A stretch of 64,000 bases of DNA from Minisyncoccota bacterium (GTDB taxonomy: Bacteria > Patescibacteriota > Minisyncoccia > Phycocordibacterales > UBA2100): positions 125,945 through 189,944 of the forward strand of contig JAYWCB010000005.1 of assembly GCA_043780835.1 (NCBI GenBank), given 5' to 3'. The position numbers and the translations under genes are program-made. Shown here piece after piece: positions 38,645-48,278 of this stretch. The first letter of the stretch is position 1. Each line of letters starts with the position of its first letter. Below the pieces are notes generated by a model that was given only the letters and a program-made list of their open reading frames with translations, did no database searches and was not told the DNA's origin.

Positions 38645-39585
38645 CTTCCTTTGTGTACGAACAGGTAGATGTCCTCAAGCGCTTTGACGGCGTCGCCAGC
38701 GGCGATGTTGTTCTGGTGATAGACGCCGTCGGTAATATCGCCTGCAGCCCATACGCGCGGGTGTGAGGTGCGTTGTGTGCGTGGATTGACTTTGATTTGT
38801 CTTATTTCATTCATATCGACATTTTCGCCGACCCATCCGGAATTCGGAATGAGTCCGATTTCCACGAAGATTCCCGAGACCGGTAGCAGTGTTTCAGCAC
38901 CCGTTGCGTCTTTGTATTTGATTCCGGAGACGAAACCTGTGCCCACCACTTCGCTTGGCGACACATTGGTAATGACTTTAAAATTCGGCTTTGCTTTAGC
39001 GGCAGCGACAGTAATCTCATCGGCGCGAAAGGAATCAGTGCGGTTCAGGAGTGTTACGGTTTTGCAGTACGCGAGTAGCTGGAGCGCGGTTTCAAATGCC
39101 GCATTACCGCCTCCTATGACCGCCACATCCATACCGCCAAAGAGCGGCCCGTCACAGGACGCGCAGTAGGTGAGGCCTTTATTGTCAAACTCTACCGCAC
39201 CGGTCACATCAAGCTTTCTGCGCTGTGCTCCCGATGCCACAAGAAGGGATTTTGCAGAGTATACCGTGCCATCGTCGAGCGTAACTTCTACATGATCATC
39301 AAAGGTCTTGAGTGATGTTGCGAGCCCGGGTGAGACCACTTCCAGAAAATCGCCCTTGTACGCCTCGACGTGCTTCTTTAGTGCCTCTGCGAGTTCAGTG
39401 CCATGAATGGCCGGTGTGCCGACCCAGTTCTGGATTTCTGTTGAAACAACGCTCTGTCCTCCCCATTCGGAAGTAATTTGAATAGTTTTCAGCTGCTTTC
39501 GCGCTGCATATATTGCAGCCGAAGTTCCCGCAGGTCCGCCTCCGATGATGATGAGATCGTGCATACCCGTCACACGAAACGGCAT
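38641..39585 (-). CDS. trxB: thioredoxin-disulfide reductase
   Basis: IIIGGGPAGTSAAIY, redox CASCDG, GGGNAA, AAGDIT motifs. Confidence 0.8.
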   Translation of the reverse strand: MPFRVTGMHDLIIIGGGPAGTSAAIYAARKQLKTIQITSEWGGQSVVSTEIQNWVGTPAIHGTELAEALKKHVEAYKGDFLEVVSPGLATSLKTFDDHVEVTLDDGTVYSAKSLLVASGAQRRKLDVTGAVEFDNKGLTYCASCDGPLFGGMDVAVIGGGNAAFETALQLLAYCKTVTLLNRTDSFRADEITVAAAKAKPNFKVITNVSPSEVVGTGFVSGIKYKDATGAETLLPVSGIFVEIGLIPNSGWVGENVDMNEIRQIKVNPRTQRTSHPRVWAAGDITDGVYHQNNIAAGDAVKALEDIYLFVHKGS

Positions 39586-39755
39586 CGTCTCTGTATGCCG
39601 TATGAAATTAATAATGAGAACAAGATTTTTTCAGTTTTGATATTCATAGGTGAAATGATTCGACGCATACAATGCCGTTTCGTGTGAACGGGCATAGTGT
39701 AAAGAGAATACCACGCGGTCGAGCGCTCGCCGTGTGGATAATTGTAAAGTCAGCT

Positions 39756-40967
39756 TTACTTACGACGTAGGAACGAAGGAAGACCACCCCAACTGTCATC
39801 CTCGTCGGTAACAGGCTCCACCGACGTGTCCTGGACGCGCACGTCCGGCTTCTGGTCAACCCGCATCTGCGCCTTTTCTGTTGCAAGTGCATCAATGATT
39901 TTTTTCGGTTCAGGTCGAGGAATTTGCTGTACCGGTGGCACATCGGCATCTTTGCCGCGCGACGGAATAACGCGTGTTGCAAAAGTGGCGCCTGCAGGTC
40001 GGGCCGGCGTTTCAGGAAAACCGGTTGCAATAACAGTCACACGCACCTGGCCCTTCTTGAGCGACTCATCGGTGACTGCACCGAAAATAACTTTGGCCTC
40101 AGGATCGATGGCTTCGGTAATCACGTTTGCGGCATCCTGCACTTCGAGCATGCCCAAATCGTCTCCGCCTGCGATTGAGAAAAGTACTCCTTTTGCGCCG
40201 GTAATCGATACTTCGAGCAGCGGGGAATTAATTGCCGCGCGTGCAGCGTTTTCTGCACGCTTTTCGCCGACCGCTGTTCCGATTCCCATGAGCGCACTGC
40301 CAGCATTGGCCATGATCGCGCGCACATCGGCAAAGTCGACGTTGATGATACCTGTTTGTGTGATGAGGTCAGAAATTCCTTCAACAGCCTGCTTGAGGAT
40401 GTCGTCGCACATTGCAAATGCGTTCTTAATACCGGTTTCGCGGGATACGATTGCGAGCAGTTTGTCGTTGGGGATGATGATAGACGCATCGACTGCTTTA
40501 CGGAGCTCGGCAAGTCCTTGTTCGGCCAAACGAATTCGCTGTTGTCCTTCGAATGCAAATGGGCGAGTCACTACGCCGATGGTGAGTGCGCCGAGTTCAC
40601 GGGCAATTTTTGCAACGACCGGTGCTGCGCCGGTACCGGTACCGCCGCCCATACCGCAGGTAACGAACACCATATCCGACCCTTTAATTGCGTCTTGAAT
40701 TTCCTCGCGAGTCTCTTCAGCAGCCTGTTTACCCATATCCGGGTTCATGCCGGTTCCCAAACCGCGCGTCAGCGTCTTTCCGATGTGAATTTTATGTTTT
40801 GCTTTGGACTTGTGCAGATCCTGGGCGTCGGTGTTAACTGCAATGAAATCTACCCCCTGAACGCCGGTTGTAACCATGTGGTTGACCGTATTTCCACCCG
40901 ATCCGCCGACTCCAATAACTCGTATTCGTGCGAATGATTCTACTTCGGGCTTCACTTGCTTTGACAT
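39756..40967 (-). CDS. ftsZ: cell division GTPase FtsZ
   Basis: GVGGSGGN tubulin signature, T7 loop; table ORF starts at upstream TTG (41003) - ATG at ~40967 preferred. Confidence 0.9.
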   Translation of the reverse strand: MSKQVKPEVESFARIRVIGVGGSGGNTVNHMVTTGVQGVDFIAVNTDAQDLHKSKAKHKIHIGKTLTRGLGTGMNPDMGKQAAEETREEIQDAIKGSDMVFVTCGMGGGTGTGAAPVVAKIARELGALTIGVVTRPFAFEGQQRIRLAEQGLAELRKAVDASIIIPNDKLLAIVSRETGIKNAFAMCDDILKQAVEGISDLITQTGIINVDFADVRAIMANAGSALMGIGTAVGEKRAENAARAAINSPLLEVSITGAKGVLFSIAGGDDLGMLEVQDAANVITEAIDPEAKVIFGAVTDESLKKGQVRVTVIATGFPETPARPAGATFATRVIPSRGKDADVPPVQQIPRPEPKKIIDALATEKAQMRVDQKPDVRVQDTSVEPVTDEDDSWGGLPSFLRRK

Positions 40968-41090
40968 AGTGGGAACATCATAGCATTTCTGCGCCCAGGG
41001 CAACGTTGACTCGCGTAATCAATCATGTCTGAATCGGGCCCGAAAAACACAGGGATTCCGTGGTTTTTTCGACATTATGAAGTTTCTAAA

Positions 41091-42260
41091 TTAGGGAAGC
41101 AGTGATCGGAAGCCCGACTTCAATGTGCTCCAACCCGCCGACAGAACTTCGCCGAGTGTCGAGCCTTTATCCGACGCGTCTTCCGCAAAAGCCCACCGAC
41201 ACAATCCGTATGCAACTGCCCATGTGGCGTCAGTCGATGCAGTACGAGCGACATTTGCCATTTGTCCGATTTGCGACGGTAATTTTAAAACCGCTTTTGC
41301 TATTTCTGCCGCTGAAGTTGATCCCGAACCGCCGCCGGTAATCACGATGCCGGCGGGCAATAATTTCTGACGATTGATGGTTTTTAAATGGCCGTTGATA
41401 AGGGTGAACATATCTTTGAGTCGCGCGCTCACAATCGTGTCTGCTTTTTTTTGCGGAACATCGGCACCGGTTACACCACCGCGTTTTAATTGCTCTGCCT
41501 CTGAGAGCGGAATTTGAAAATTAAGCGCAATCATATTGGTGATATCACCCGAGCCGACAGGAAATACCTTGAGCGAGATAGGCGTATCGTTGTCAAACAC
41601 GATAATGGAAAGTGTTTCAGCTCCGATATTTGCCAAGCACACACCTGCCATTTTTTGCGCCTTGGTGAGTGAAACGAGGCTCGCCGCGAGCGGTGAAGCC
41701 ATGACGCTCTCCACTTCCACTCCTGCGGCCTCCACGGCTTCGATGAGGTCGTCGTGATGCTGAGAAAGCAGTGTGATGAGAAGCGTGTCGACGGAAAGTT
41801 TCGTGCCTTGGAGATGCGCTGGTTTACCGAATACACGATTGCCATCTACGCGGTATTCGAGCGGTATAGTATGAATAACGACGCGGTTAACAAGCTTTGG
41901 AGTCGCACGTTTTTCGCTATCTTGCATCGCGCGCTCAATGTCGCGCTCCGTCACAATGCCGCCTGATTGCGTGAGGGTCACGTCACCGGTGGATCGGATG
42001 TCGTCCAGCCCTACGCCACCTAACGCAAGGCGAGCGCTTTTGACCGTGACCTTTGCCGCACTTTGTGCACGAGAAAGCGCTTCGCGAATTGATCGAGTCG
42101 CCTCCGCGCGATCAACGATGTACCCGTGACGCATGCCTTTGGAAACGGCAGTGCCGGTACCAATAATCTGCATCGGTGCTTCAGGGTTTTCTGCAGGTGC
42201 AGCAATAACAACCTTCACATTGAACGTTCCGATGTCGATACCGGTATAAAAAGTCCGCAT
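41091..42260 (-). CDS. ftsA: cell division protein FtsA
   Basis: Actin-fold DIGT..VKVV N-terminus; upstream of ftsZ. Confidence 0.85.
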   Translation of the reverse strand: MRTFYTGIDIGTFNVKVVIAAPAENPEAPMQIIGTGTAVSKGMRHGYIVDRAEATRSIREALSRAQSAAKVTVKSARLALGGVGLDDIRSTGDVTLTQSGGIVTERDIERAMQDSEKRATPKLVNRVVIHTIPLEYRVDGNRVFGKPAHLQGTKLSVDTLLITLLSQHHDDLIEAVEAAGVEVESVMASPLAASLVSLTKAQKMAGVCLANIGAETLSIIVFDNDTPISLKVFPVGSGDITNMIALNFQIPLSEAEQLKRGGVTGADVPQKKADTIVSARLKDMFTLINGHLKTINRQKLLPAGIVITGGGSGSTSAAEIAKAVLKLPSQIGQMANVARTASTDATWAVAYGLCRWAFAEDASDKGSTLGEVLSAGWSTLKSGFRSLLP

Positions 42261-42388
42261 TGTAAGCCAAGTATACCGCGAAGACGCAGTTTTTATCGCT
42301 TAAAAAGAGGGGATTTCTGTCGGCGACGTAGGGCGAGGGAAATACGAAGGCGCAGCTTTTGAATTTTCGAGCCGTGGAGCTGCGTCGT

Positions 42389-42784
42389 TTACGATTCGGC
42401 GAGATGGAATCGTTGCAGTATGAGTTGCTCTTGCGCTTCCATTCGATCTGAGTGATCCATGCCGCGCAGGTGAAATAATCCGTGTACAAAGAGGAGCGCC
42501 GTGCGTTTGATGACGGGCGTATCCATTTGGCGGGCTTCACGAGCGGCTTTGCGGATATTGAGAAAGATTTCGCCGTCTTTTTTGTCGAGGGGGAATGAAA
42601 GCACGTTTGGAACGTATGTTTTGTTGCGATATTGCTTATTCATGCGTTGCGCCAAATGGTCACCGCAGAGAACGAGCGAGAGCGTGTAGTTTGTGCCAAG
42701 TACGGCGTGGGCCATCTCTACAAACGGAATCCGCGGCACTGAGCCGCGGATTGTCGTTTTGATATCTATGGTGGGCGAACCCAT
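42389..42784 (-). CDS. ybeY: endoribonuclease YbeY
   Basis: HGLFHLRGMDH metal-binding motif; internal Met (MGSPTIDIK) taken as start because upstream part of table ORF overlaps rpsU. Confidence 0.75.
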   Translation of the reverse strand: MGSPTIDIKTTIRGSVPRIPFVEMAHAVLGTNYTLSLVLCGDHLAQRMNKQYRNKTYVPNVLSFPLDKKDGEIFLNIRKAAREARQMDTPVIKRTALLFVHGLFHLRGMDHSDRMEAQEQLILQRFHLAES

Positions 42785-42788
42785 GAGG

Positions 42789-43130
42789 TTAGCGGGCGAT
42801 CGGAGTCGATTCACCAAAGCGTGCCGGTCCGGTGTTTTGTTCTGCCTTATTTGCCTGCGCCTGACTCTGATTCGCGTCGCGGTTGTATCCACGGCGAGTC
42901 GGTGCTTCCGTAACCTTGCCCTCTTTGAGGAGCTGTTTGAAATCAGCACGGCGTTTTATGAGTTTCAGTGCGCGCTTCTTTTGTACTGATTTGGAGGCAT
43001 TGCGTTCGTAGTAGCGCGTTTTGCGAGCGTTCTTAACGAGGCCAGTGCCCTGCACTCTTCGGCTGAACTTACGAATGACCGCAATAGAGGATTCGTTACC
43101 GACTTTCGTGACTTCTGCGTTTAGTGACAT
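42789..43130 (-). CDS. rpsU: 30S ribosomal protein bS21 with basic/Gln-rich C-terminal extension
   Basis: MSLNAEVTKVGNESSIAVIRKFSRRVQ..YYERNASK.. resembles S21 core; ~45-aa extension. Confidence 0.55.
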   Translation of the reverse strand: MSLNAEVTKVGNESSIAVIRKFSRRVQGTGLVKNARKTRYYERNASKSVQKKRALKLIKRRADFKQLLKEGKVTEAPTRRGYNRDANQSQAQANKAEQNTGPARFGESTPIAR

Positions 43131-43579
43131 GTGGGCAGAGATTACCATAGCCCTTGGCAAATGGGAAGGCCGCGTTTCGACTTCACTTGACATTCACTCA
43201 GGACATAGCAATATATTGCTCGGTACTTCAAAGAAAGTACTTTCTTGATAGAGGATGTTCTTATGACGCAGCACACCGATTCCGCCGAGGAAGCACAAAA
43301 GATTGAAGCCTCACTTGAGGTACTCGATCAAAGGCTTGCACTCCTTCGAGGGACTCGTATGCATTCTGCAGGTCGCATGCCGGCAACACCGCATCGCACC
43401 CGGGATACAACCACACGTTCACGACAGTCGGATAGTTAGTTCTGCGTCTACCGAAAGGCCTCCGCGTTTTACGCGGAGGCCGTATTGTTGTCCTACACAC
43501 AAACTTTGTAACACCGTTTGACCTCGTACCTCGATTTGGCTAGGGTGCTGACAGGATCGAACAAGAAGGAGCCAGATCG

Positions 43580-44077
43580 ATGACCGTACCCAAAATCGTG
43601 AACATGGTGAACTCATGCGGTGAATGCCCGAATTACGGGTATTACAGTGGCCGGGTTTATCGATGCAATCTCGTCGAAGAGGCCGTGCTCGAAAAGGATC
43701 GGATCGCCCCCTTTTGTCCACTACCTGATTACCCGTCGCGGGTAATCAAGGAAATGGAGATTACCGTCCTCGGCCTGCAGAAGAGCGTCGACTATTCGTA
43801 CCCGTTTGCACTTTTTACATTCATCGCGGCAAAGCTCAAGCGTACAGTAAGTGCGAATGGTTCCACAATCAGGATCCCGTGTCGCGACGGCGAGGTGTGC
43901 TTGCAGTACGACCACATCCGGGATCTCACATTGAATCCGTTTAGCATCCGGTTTCTTGATGCAGACAAGACATACGTGCTATGCGTCGACGGAATCGCCG
44001 GACCATCTCTCAGTGAAGTTGTTCGCCGGGAGGGAATTGACGAAGAATTGTTCCACCAGATTTATCTCGCTGCATGA
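43580..44077 (+). CDS. hypothetical Cys-motif protein (165 aa)
   Basis: SD AAGGAG; CGECPNY..C..C motifs. Confidence 0.5.
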   Translation: MTVPKIVNMVNSCGECPNYGYYSGRVYRCNLVEEAVLEKDRIAPFCPLPDYPSRVIKEMEITVLGLQKSVDYSYPFALFTFIAAKLKRTVSANGSTIRIPCRDGEVCLQYDHIRDLTLNPFSIRFLDADKTYVLCVDGIAGPSLSEVVRREGIDEELFHQIYLAA

Positions 44078-44089
44078 ATGGGGCGAAGC

Positions 44090-44124
44090 AAAAAAAGACC
44101 CGCTGCGAGGCGGGTCTTTTTCTT
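44090..44124. terminator. bidirectional rho-independent terminator
   Basis: AAAAAAGACCCGC-tgcgag-GCGGGTCTTTTTC. Confidence 0.6.
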
Positions 44125-44132
44125 TGGAATTT

Positions 44133-45344
44133 TTACAAGGTGGGCGAAAGCGCTTTCCACGTGCCCATGCGTCGGCGGCGGAGGTAGTTTGCAAGTTCGT
44201 CCACGGGGACTGCGTCTTGCGAGTTCGTTGCAACTTCGCGCACAAGAATCGTGTTTTCCATAGCCTCCTTGTATCCCATGATAAGGATGTAGGGGACCGC
44301 AAGTTCTTTGGCTCGCAGCATTTGTTCTCCGATTTTGTCGAACAGGAGTGATTGATGCACCGGAATTTCGGCGCGTCGCAGGCTCTCCAGCACCATGAGT
44401 GCCCGGCGTCGAGCCTCAGGACCGAGGTGCGCAAAATATATCGAAGGCATAGCGCGAACTTCTTTTTTGAATGTAGTTTTTCCGCGGACTTCACAAGAAA
44501 TCGAGATCATCGCTGCGGGAATGTGTTTCGCGGCAAAGCGCGTTGCAAGCGGATCGTAGCGCCCACCCAGGGCAAACCCGACGCGCGCACCTGTTTCAGG
44601 ATCATTTGATGAGATTTCATACAGTGAATGTGCCCAGCAGTCGCGCGACCCCAACACGTGTGGAGAAAGTTCGTACGGCAAACCGAAGACCTCGAGGTAT
44701 TCAAGCAAATCCCAAAACTTGCGACGCTCGTCTTCGGTAAGGTATTCCATGGATTGCGGCGCCCTCGGTGCTGCGGGATGACCCTTTTCTATTAACTGCA
44801 CGAGTGTACCCAACGGATCGGTTGCGGCGCGCGGGCGTAGTGTGGGAGAAATGGATTCGATGTGTTTGCGTAAATATGAACCGATGTCGCGCACAAACCG
44901 ATTCGACGACTCATGCGATCCGATGTTGTTGATCGAAAGATAGCGGTCTTTAATGCCACTCTCCTGTGCAATGGTATTTGCAACGACGAGCAGAATCGCT
45001 TCTGCAATGGCGGCTTGCGAACCCAGAACGTGTAGTTCGAGCGACATCGTCGGACCGTCGCTTTGTCCCTGCGCGACACGCCATGCAAGAAGCGTGCCTT
45101 GTTGCGCACGGGCAACAGATACTGCGCGGCGTGCGACAGACGCCAAGGCTCGCTCATCTTTACGGGCGTAGGCAATTTCGGTTTCGCTTTTGGCCACTTG
45201 TACTTTGCGCGCTGCTTCATCGCGCTCTTTTGTCTGACCTTTCATGTCGTCGAGCGGCACAAAACCGTAATATTCTGCGATTCGAATCGCGTTCTGCAGA
45301 AACTCCGCTGTGTTTGCGTGTCCCGTATCTTTCAGCCGTATCAT
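44133..45344 (-). CDS. hisS: histidyl-tRNA synthetase-like class II aaRS (HisS or HisZ-like)
   Basis: Class-II motif 2/3 region with GGRYDPL, C-terminal anticodon-binding-like domain; atypical N-terminus. Confidence 0.55.
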   Translation of the reverse strand: MIRLKDTGHANTAEFLQNAIRIAEYYGFVPLDDMKGQTKERDEAARKVQVAKSETEIAYARKDERALASVARRAVSVARAQQGTLLAWRVAQGQSDGPTMSLELHVLGSQAAIAEAILLVVANTIAQESGIKDRYLSINNIGSHESSNRFVRDIGSYLRKHIESISPTLRPRAATDPLGTLVQLIEKGHPAAPRAPQSMEYLTEDERRKFWDLLEYLEVFGLPYELSPHVLGSRDCWAHSLYEISSNDPETGARVGFALGGRYDPLATRFAAKHIPAAMISISCEVRGKTTFKKEVRAMPSIYFAHLGPEARRRALMVLESLRRAEIPVHQSLLFDKIGEQMLRAKELAVPYILIMGYKEAMENTILVREVATNSQDAVPVDELANYLRRRRMGTWKALSPTL

Positions 45345-45353
45345 AAAGCAGGG

Positions 45354-46019
45354 CTATGACTTAACATTTGTAATGGAGGAGTCGTTGTTGTATCGCACTG
45401 TGCCGGGAAGTATGCCTATTTTATCGAACGGAAAGAGTCGCAGTGCCGCGCGTCCGACAATATCTTGTCGTGGAAGCACGCCCCATGAGCGAGAATCAGC
45501 AGAGACCCGGCGATTATCACCCAGTACATAATACTGATCCGGACCGAGCGTTACTTTCATATCAGTAGGGCCACCAAGATTTTGCGGATCGAGATACGGC
45601 TCATTCAGTACGAAACCATTGGGATGAGCGGCGTTCACGATCGTGACCTCGGTACCTGAGAGGGAGATTGTTTCTCCGGGGAGCCCGATAACGCGTTTAA
45701 TGAGTGCCCGTGAGGTATCTTGCGGCAAATCAAGCACGATCACGTCGCCTCGCTGCGGTGTTTCGAATCCGTAGGATACGCGATCAATAATCAGGTAGTG
45801 ATAGTCGTAAAAGGTCGGAATCATCGACGCGCCCGATACGACATATGGAGCTGCAATGAAGAATCGAATGAAAAATGCGAGTGCGAGCGCGACGATTGTA
45901 TACACAATCAGAGATCGCGCAGATGAGCCGTCGTTTTTCGCGACAGGATGCGGTGCGCCTTCGTGGTGCGTCCCGTCCGAATGAGTGTGGAATGTATCGT
46001 TCATAGCAATACCATTCAC
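45354..46019 (-). CDS. lepB: signal peptidase I
   Basis: GASMIPT (Ser box), KRVIGLPGE (Lys box), GDNRRVSADSR. Confidence 0.8.
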   Translation of the reverse strand: MNGIAMNDTFHTHSDGTHHEGAPHPVAKNDGSSARSLIVYTIVALALAFFIRFFIAAPYVVSGASMIPTFYDYHYLIIDRVSYGFETPQRGDVIVLDLPQDTSRALIKRVIGLPGETISLSGTEVTIVNAAHPNGFVLNEPYLDPQNLGGPTDMKVTLGPDQYYVLGDNRRVSADSRSWGVLPRQDIVGRAALRLFPFDKIGILPGTVRYNNDSSITNVKS

Positions 46020-46235
46020 TCGGTGAGTGAGATTCCATCAGAACTACATCCAACGGATTTCATGTGCGAGCACTATAACCTCGCGATGCCGTTGACACAA
46101 AGTGTTTGTCATCGCGCACCGCTGTTTTTTCTCATTTTCAAATAATTTTTCAAAAAAATTCGAGAAAAAATCCAAATAAAAAAATGTGATCAAAAATTAT
46201 CTCAGACAAATCGCATTTACTATAATTTTTCCTGT

Positions 46236-46264
46236 GGATTACAAAATGAATTGCGGTGGTATGA
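46236..46264 (+). promoter_or_regulatory. putative sigma70-like promoter for pth (TTACAA-N15-TATGAT), ~10-nt leader
   Basis: Hexamers read directly; A/T-rich UP-like region upstream. Confidence 0.3.
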
Positions 46265-46273
46265 TACGGCCCA

Positions 46274-46864
46274 ATGGCATGGGTCATCACAGGGCTTGGA
46301 AATCCCGGACCGGAATACGAAAACACGCGTCACAACGCGGGCCGTATGGCCGTGATGCATTTTGCGAAGTATGCAGACGCTCCTGCGTGGAAAGAAGACA
46401 AGAAATCGCAGTCGCTCACAACTGGTGCGACGGTTAAAACGACACTTCTTGCCCTGCAACTGCCAAACACCTTTATGAACAAGTCCGGTAGTGCCGTTTC
46501 AAAGCTCGTAAAAAGCGCGAAAGCAGCTGAAAAGCTCATTGTGGTCTATGACGACCTGGATCTGCCTATCGGTAAGATTAAATTATCCTTTGATCGTGGT
46601 TCCGGAGGTCACAAGGGCATCGAGTCGATTTCAACGGCACTGCGTACAAAGAAATTCACTCGCATACGCATCGGTATCTCACCGGAAACACCCGGAGGGA
46701 AGATAAAAAAGCCGGAAGGCGACTCGGTGGTCAATGATTTTATCCTCAAGAAATTCAAAGAGTCAGAAATGGATACTCTCAAGAAAGTGTTTAAGCGAGT
46801 CGCAGAGGCGATCGACGTAATCGTGGCCGAAGGCCCGATGATCGCGATGAACCACTTCAATTGA
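46274..46864 (+). CDS. pth: peptidyl-tRNA hydrolase
   Basis: VITGLGNPGPEY N-terminus, catalytic His. Confidence 0.85.
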   Translation: MAWVITGLGNPGPEYENTRHNAGRMAVMHFAKYADAPAWKEDKKSQSLTTGATVKTTLLALQLPNTFMNKSGSAVSKLVKSAKAAEKLIVVYDDLDLPIGKIKLSFDRGSGGHKGIESISTALRTKKFTRIRIGISPETPGGKIKKPEGDSVVNDFILKKFKESEMDTLKKVFKRVAEAIDVIVAEGPMIAMNHFN

Positions 46865-46865
46865 T

Positions 46866-47297
46866 ATGGGGTGCGTATTTTGTGAGCAAGAAGATATTCA
46901 GGCCCGCGTTATTGTCGACACGGGTCTCGCTCGCGCGTTTCCAACCATTGTTCCGATTACACCCGGGCATACGCTTGTTGTACCAAATCGCCACGTCGGA
47001 TCGATCGCAGAATTGACCGTCGATGAGCGGAATGCGGTATTCGATCTCGCCGAGATGGTTAAACAGGCACTCCGCACGAGCGTGCGGGCAGAAGGCTTCA
47101 ATCATGCGTGGAATGAAAACGAAATGGCAGGGCAATCCGTTTCTCATTTTCACCTGCATATCGTCCCTCGTACGACAGGGGATGCGGGCGTACTCACCTA
47201 TGAGCCGCGTGATTTCCTGTACCGACCCGGTTCGCGGGCGGCAACGCCGCAGGCGGAACTACTCGAGGTCGCGTCGCTCATTCGGGACGCGCTCTGA
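46866..47297 (+). CDS. HIT-family (histidine triad) hydrolase
   Basis: HFHLHIVPR. Confidence 0.8.
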   Translation: MGCVFCEQEDIQARVIVDTGLARAFPTIVPITPGHTLVVPNRHVGSIAELTVDERNAVFDLAEMVKQALRTSVRAEGFNHAWNENEMAGQSVSHFHLHIVPRTTGDAGVLTYEPRDFLYRPGSRAATPQAELLEVASLIRDAL

Positions 47298-47317
47298 TTC
47301 GTTTACCTCCAGCAGCC

Positions 47318-47345
47318 TCCGCATCAAGGCGTCGCCTTGATATTC
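47318..47345. repeat. REP-like palindrome (left end of RAYT element)
   Basis: GCATCAAGGCG-T-CGCCTTGATAT. Confidence 0.55.
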
Positions 47346-47995
47346 GAGGCATAGAACTCACGGGCTTCACTCAACATTGCCTCAGGGGCGCGCTGGGTTT
47401 CAATAGAAAATATATCTGCACCCAGCAGTTTTCTGACTGGATGTTTCAAATCAAGAAAAGCTCCATAGCTCGAATAGGGATACATCTGTAATGCCTTTGT
47501 AAGTTTGACCATATTTTCCACGCGGCCAACTTTCCATCCGGGCTCCGTTATTTCAGCTGGATTACAGTGAATATATTGGAGTACCCATTGGAAATATGTA
47601 TCGTCGTGGACATGACGAGATCGAAATGGTTTTACAAACAATCCACCAGTTCGCGAATGCTTGAGATTAAAATACATCGTGTATGCAGTGCCGAGTTTTT
47701 GCATAAATGTCGAAATTCCATTTTCAGTAACTTCTTTTAAAAGGAGATGGAAGTGGTTGGACATAAGACAAAAAGCACCGATAGAAACGAGTTGATCTCC
47801 GCGCTCAAGCGCAAAAATATCACGGAGAGATTTATTCCGTTGATTGCTGATGTGTACGCGTTTGGAACTGTTTGCTAAATAGATCAACGCCACAAAACGC
47901 TCGTAATCCTCTTTTGATTTAAATGTGTTGCGTTTGTCGATGCCTCGGCCATAACAGTGAAACCACTCGTCGACCGCAAAAGGATCCCGTTGCAT
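47324..47995 (-). CDS. IS200-like / REP-associated tyrosine (Y1, HUH) transposase
   Basis: FHCYGRGIDKRNTF, HUH motif SNHFHLLL, catalytic-Tyr region YTMYFN..QYIHCNPA. Confidence 0.75.
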   Translation of the reverse strand: MQRDPFAVDEWFHCYGRGIDKRNTFKSKEDYERFVALIYLANSSKRVHISNQRNKSLRDIFALERGDQLVSIGAFCLMSNHFHLLLKEVTENGISTFMQKLGTAYTMYFNLKHSRTGGLFVKPFRSRHVHDDTYFQWVLQYIHCNPAEITEPGWKVGRVENMVKLTKALQMYPYSSYGAFLDLKHPVRKLLGADIFSIETQRAPEAMLSEAREFYASNIKATP

Positions 47996-48005
47996 GAGTG
48001 CATTA

Positions 48006-48040
48006 TATCACGCATCAAGGCGTCGCCTTGATGCGTGATA
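48006..48040. repeat. REP-like perfect 17-bp-arm palindrome (right end of RAYT element)
   Basis: TATCACGCATCAAGGCG-T-CGCCTTGATGCGTGATA. Confidence 0.6.
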
Positions 48041-48189
48041 TTCGCCGTCGACTACAAGAAATCAGGCGCGTCCTGGTACGCGTCGTTATAAACAAAGACG
48101 GGACCTTGCTGTATTACAGACAGGATGAGCTCGAAAAGGTGGTGTAAAACGGAGGACAGCATGATTTATTCTGTCGCCCAAAAGAAAAA

Positions 48190-48235
48190 AGTCCGGTCAG
48201 CGTGAATGCGAACCGGACTTTTCTGTTTGCGTCAT
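48190..48235 (-). terminator. rho-independent terminator (for 48279..48854)
   Basis: AAAAGTCCGGT..ACCGGACTTTT hairpin, T-run on minus strand. Confidence 0.5.
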
Positions 48236-48259
48236 GTGCAAGGTGTCATCTTGCACACA
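48233..48259. repeat. REP-like palindrome variant (ATGTGCAAG-gtgtcat-CTTGCACAcAT)
   Basis: Shares GTGCAAGGTG core with 60551 and 62342 copies. Confidence 0.45.
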
Positions 48260-48278
48260 TCACATCTCACTTGTTTTT

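Larger units (their letters stand above)
47318..48045. mobile_element. IS200/IS605-like single-gene element: RAYT-type Y1 transposase flanked by palindromic hairpins
   Basis: tnpA-like CDS between CATCAAGGCGTCGCCTTGAT (47322-47341) and TATCACGCATCAAGGCGTCGCCTTGATGCGTGATA (48006-48040); both followed by GATATTCG. Confidence 0.5.

Noticed and set aside
39826-40698. 290-aa plus-strand ORF
   Set aside because: It lies entirely antisense to ftsZ, which has textbook motifs. It is Ala/Ser/Pro/Arg-rich, typical of an off-frame shadow ORF.
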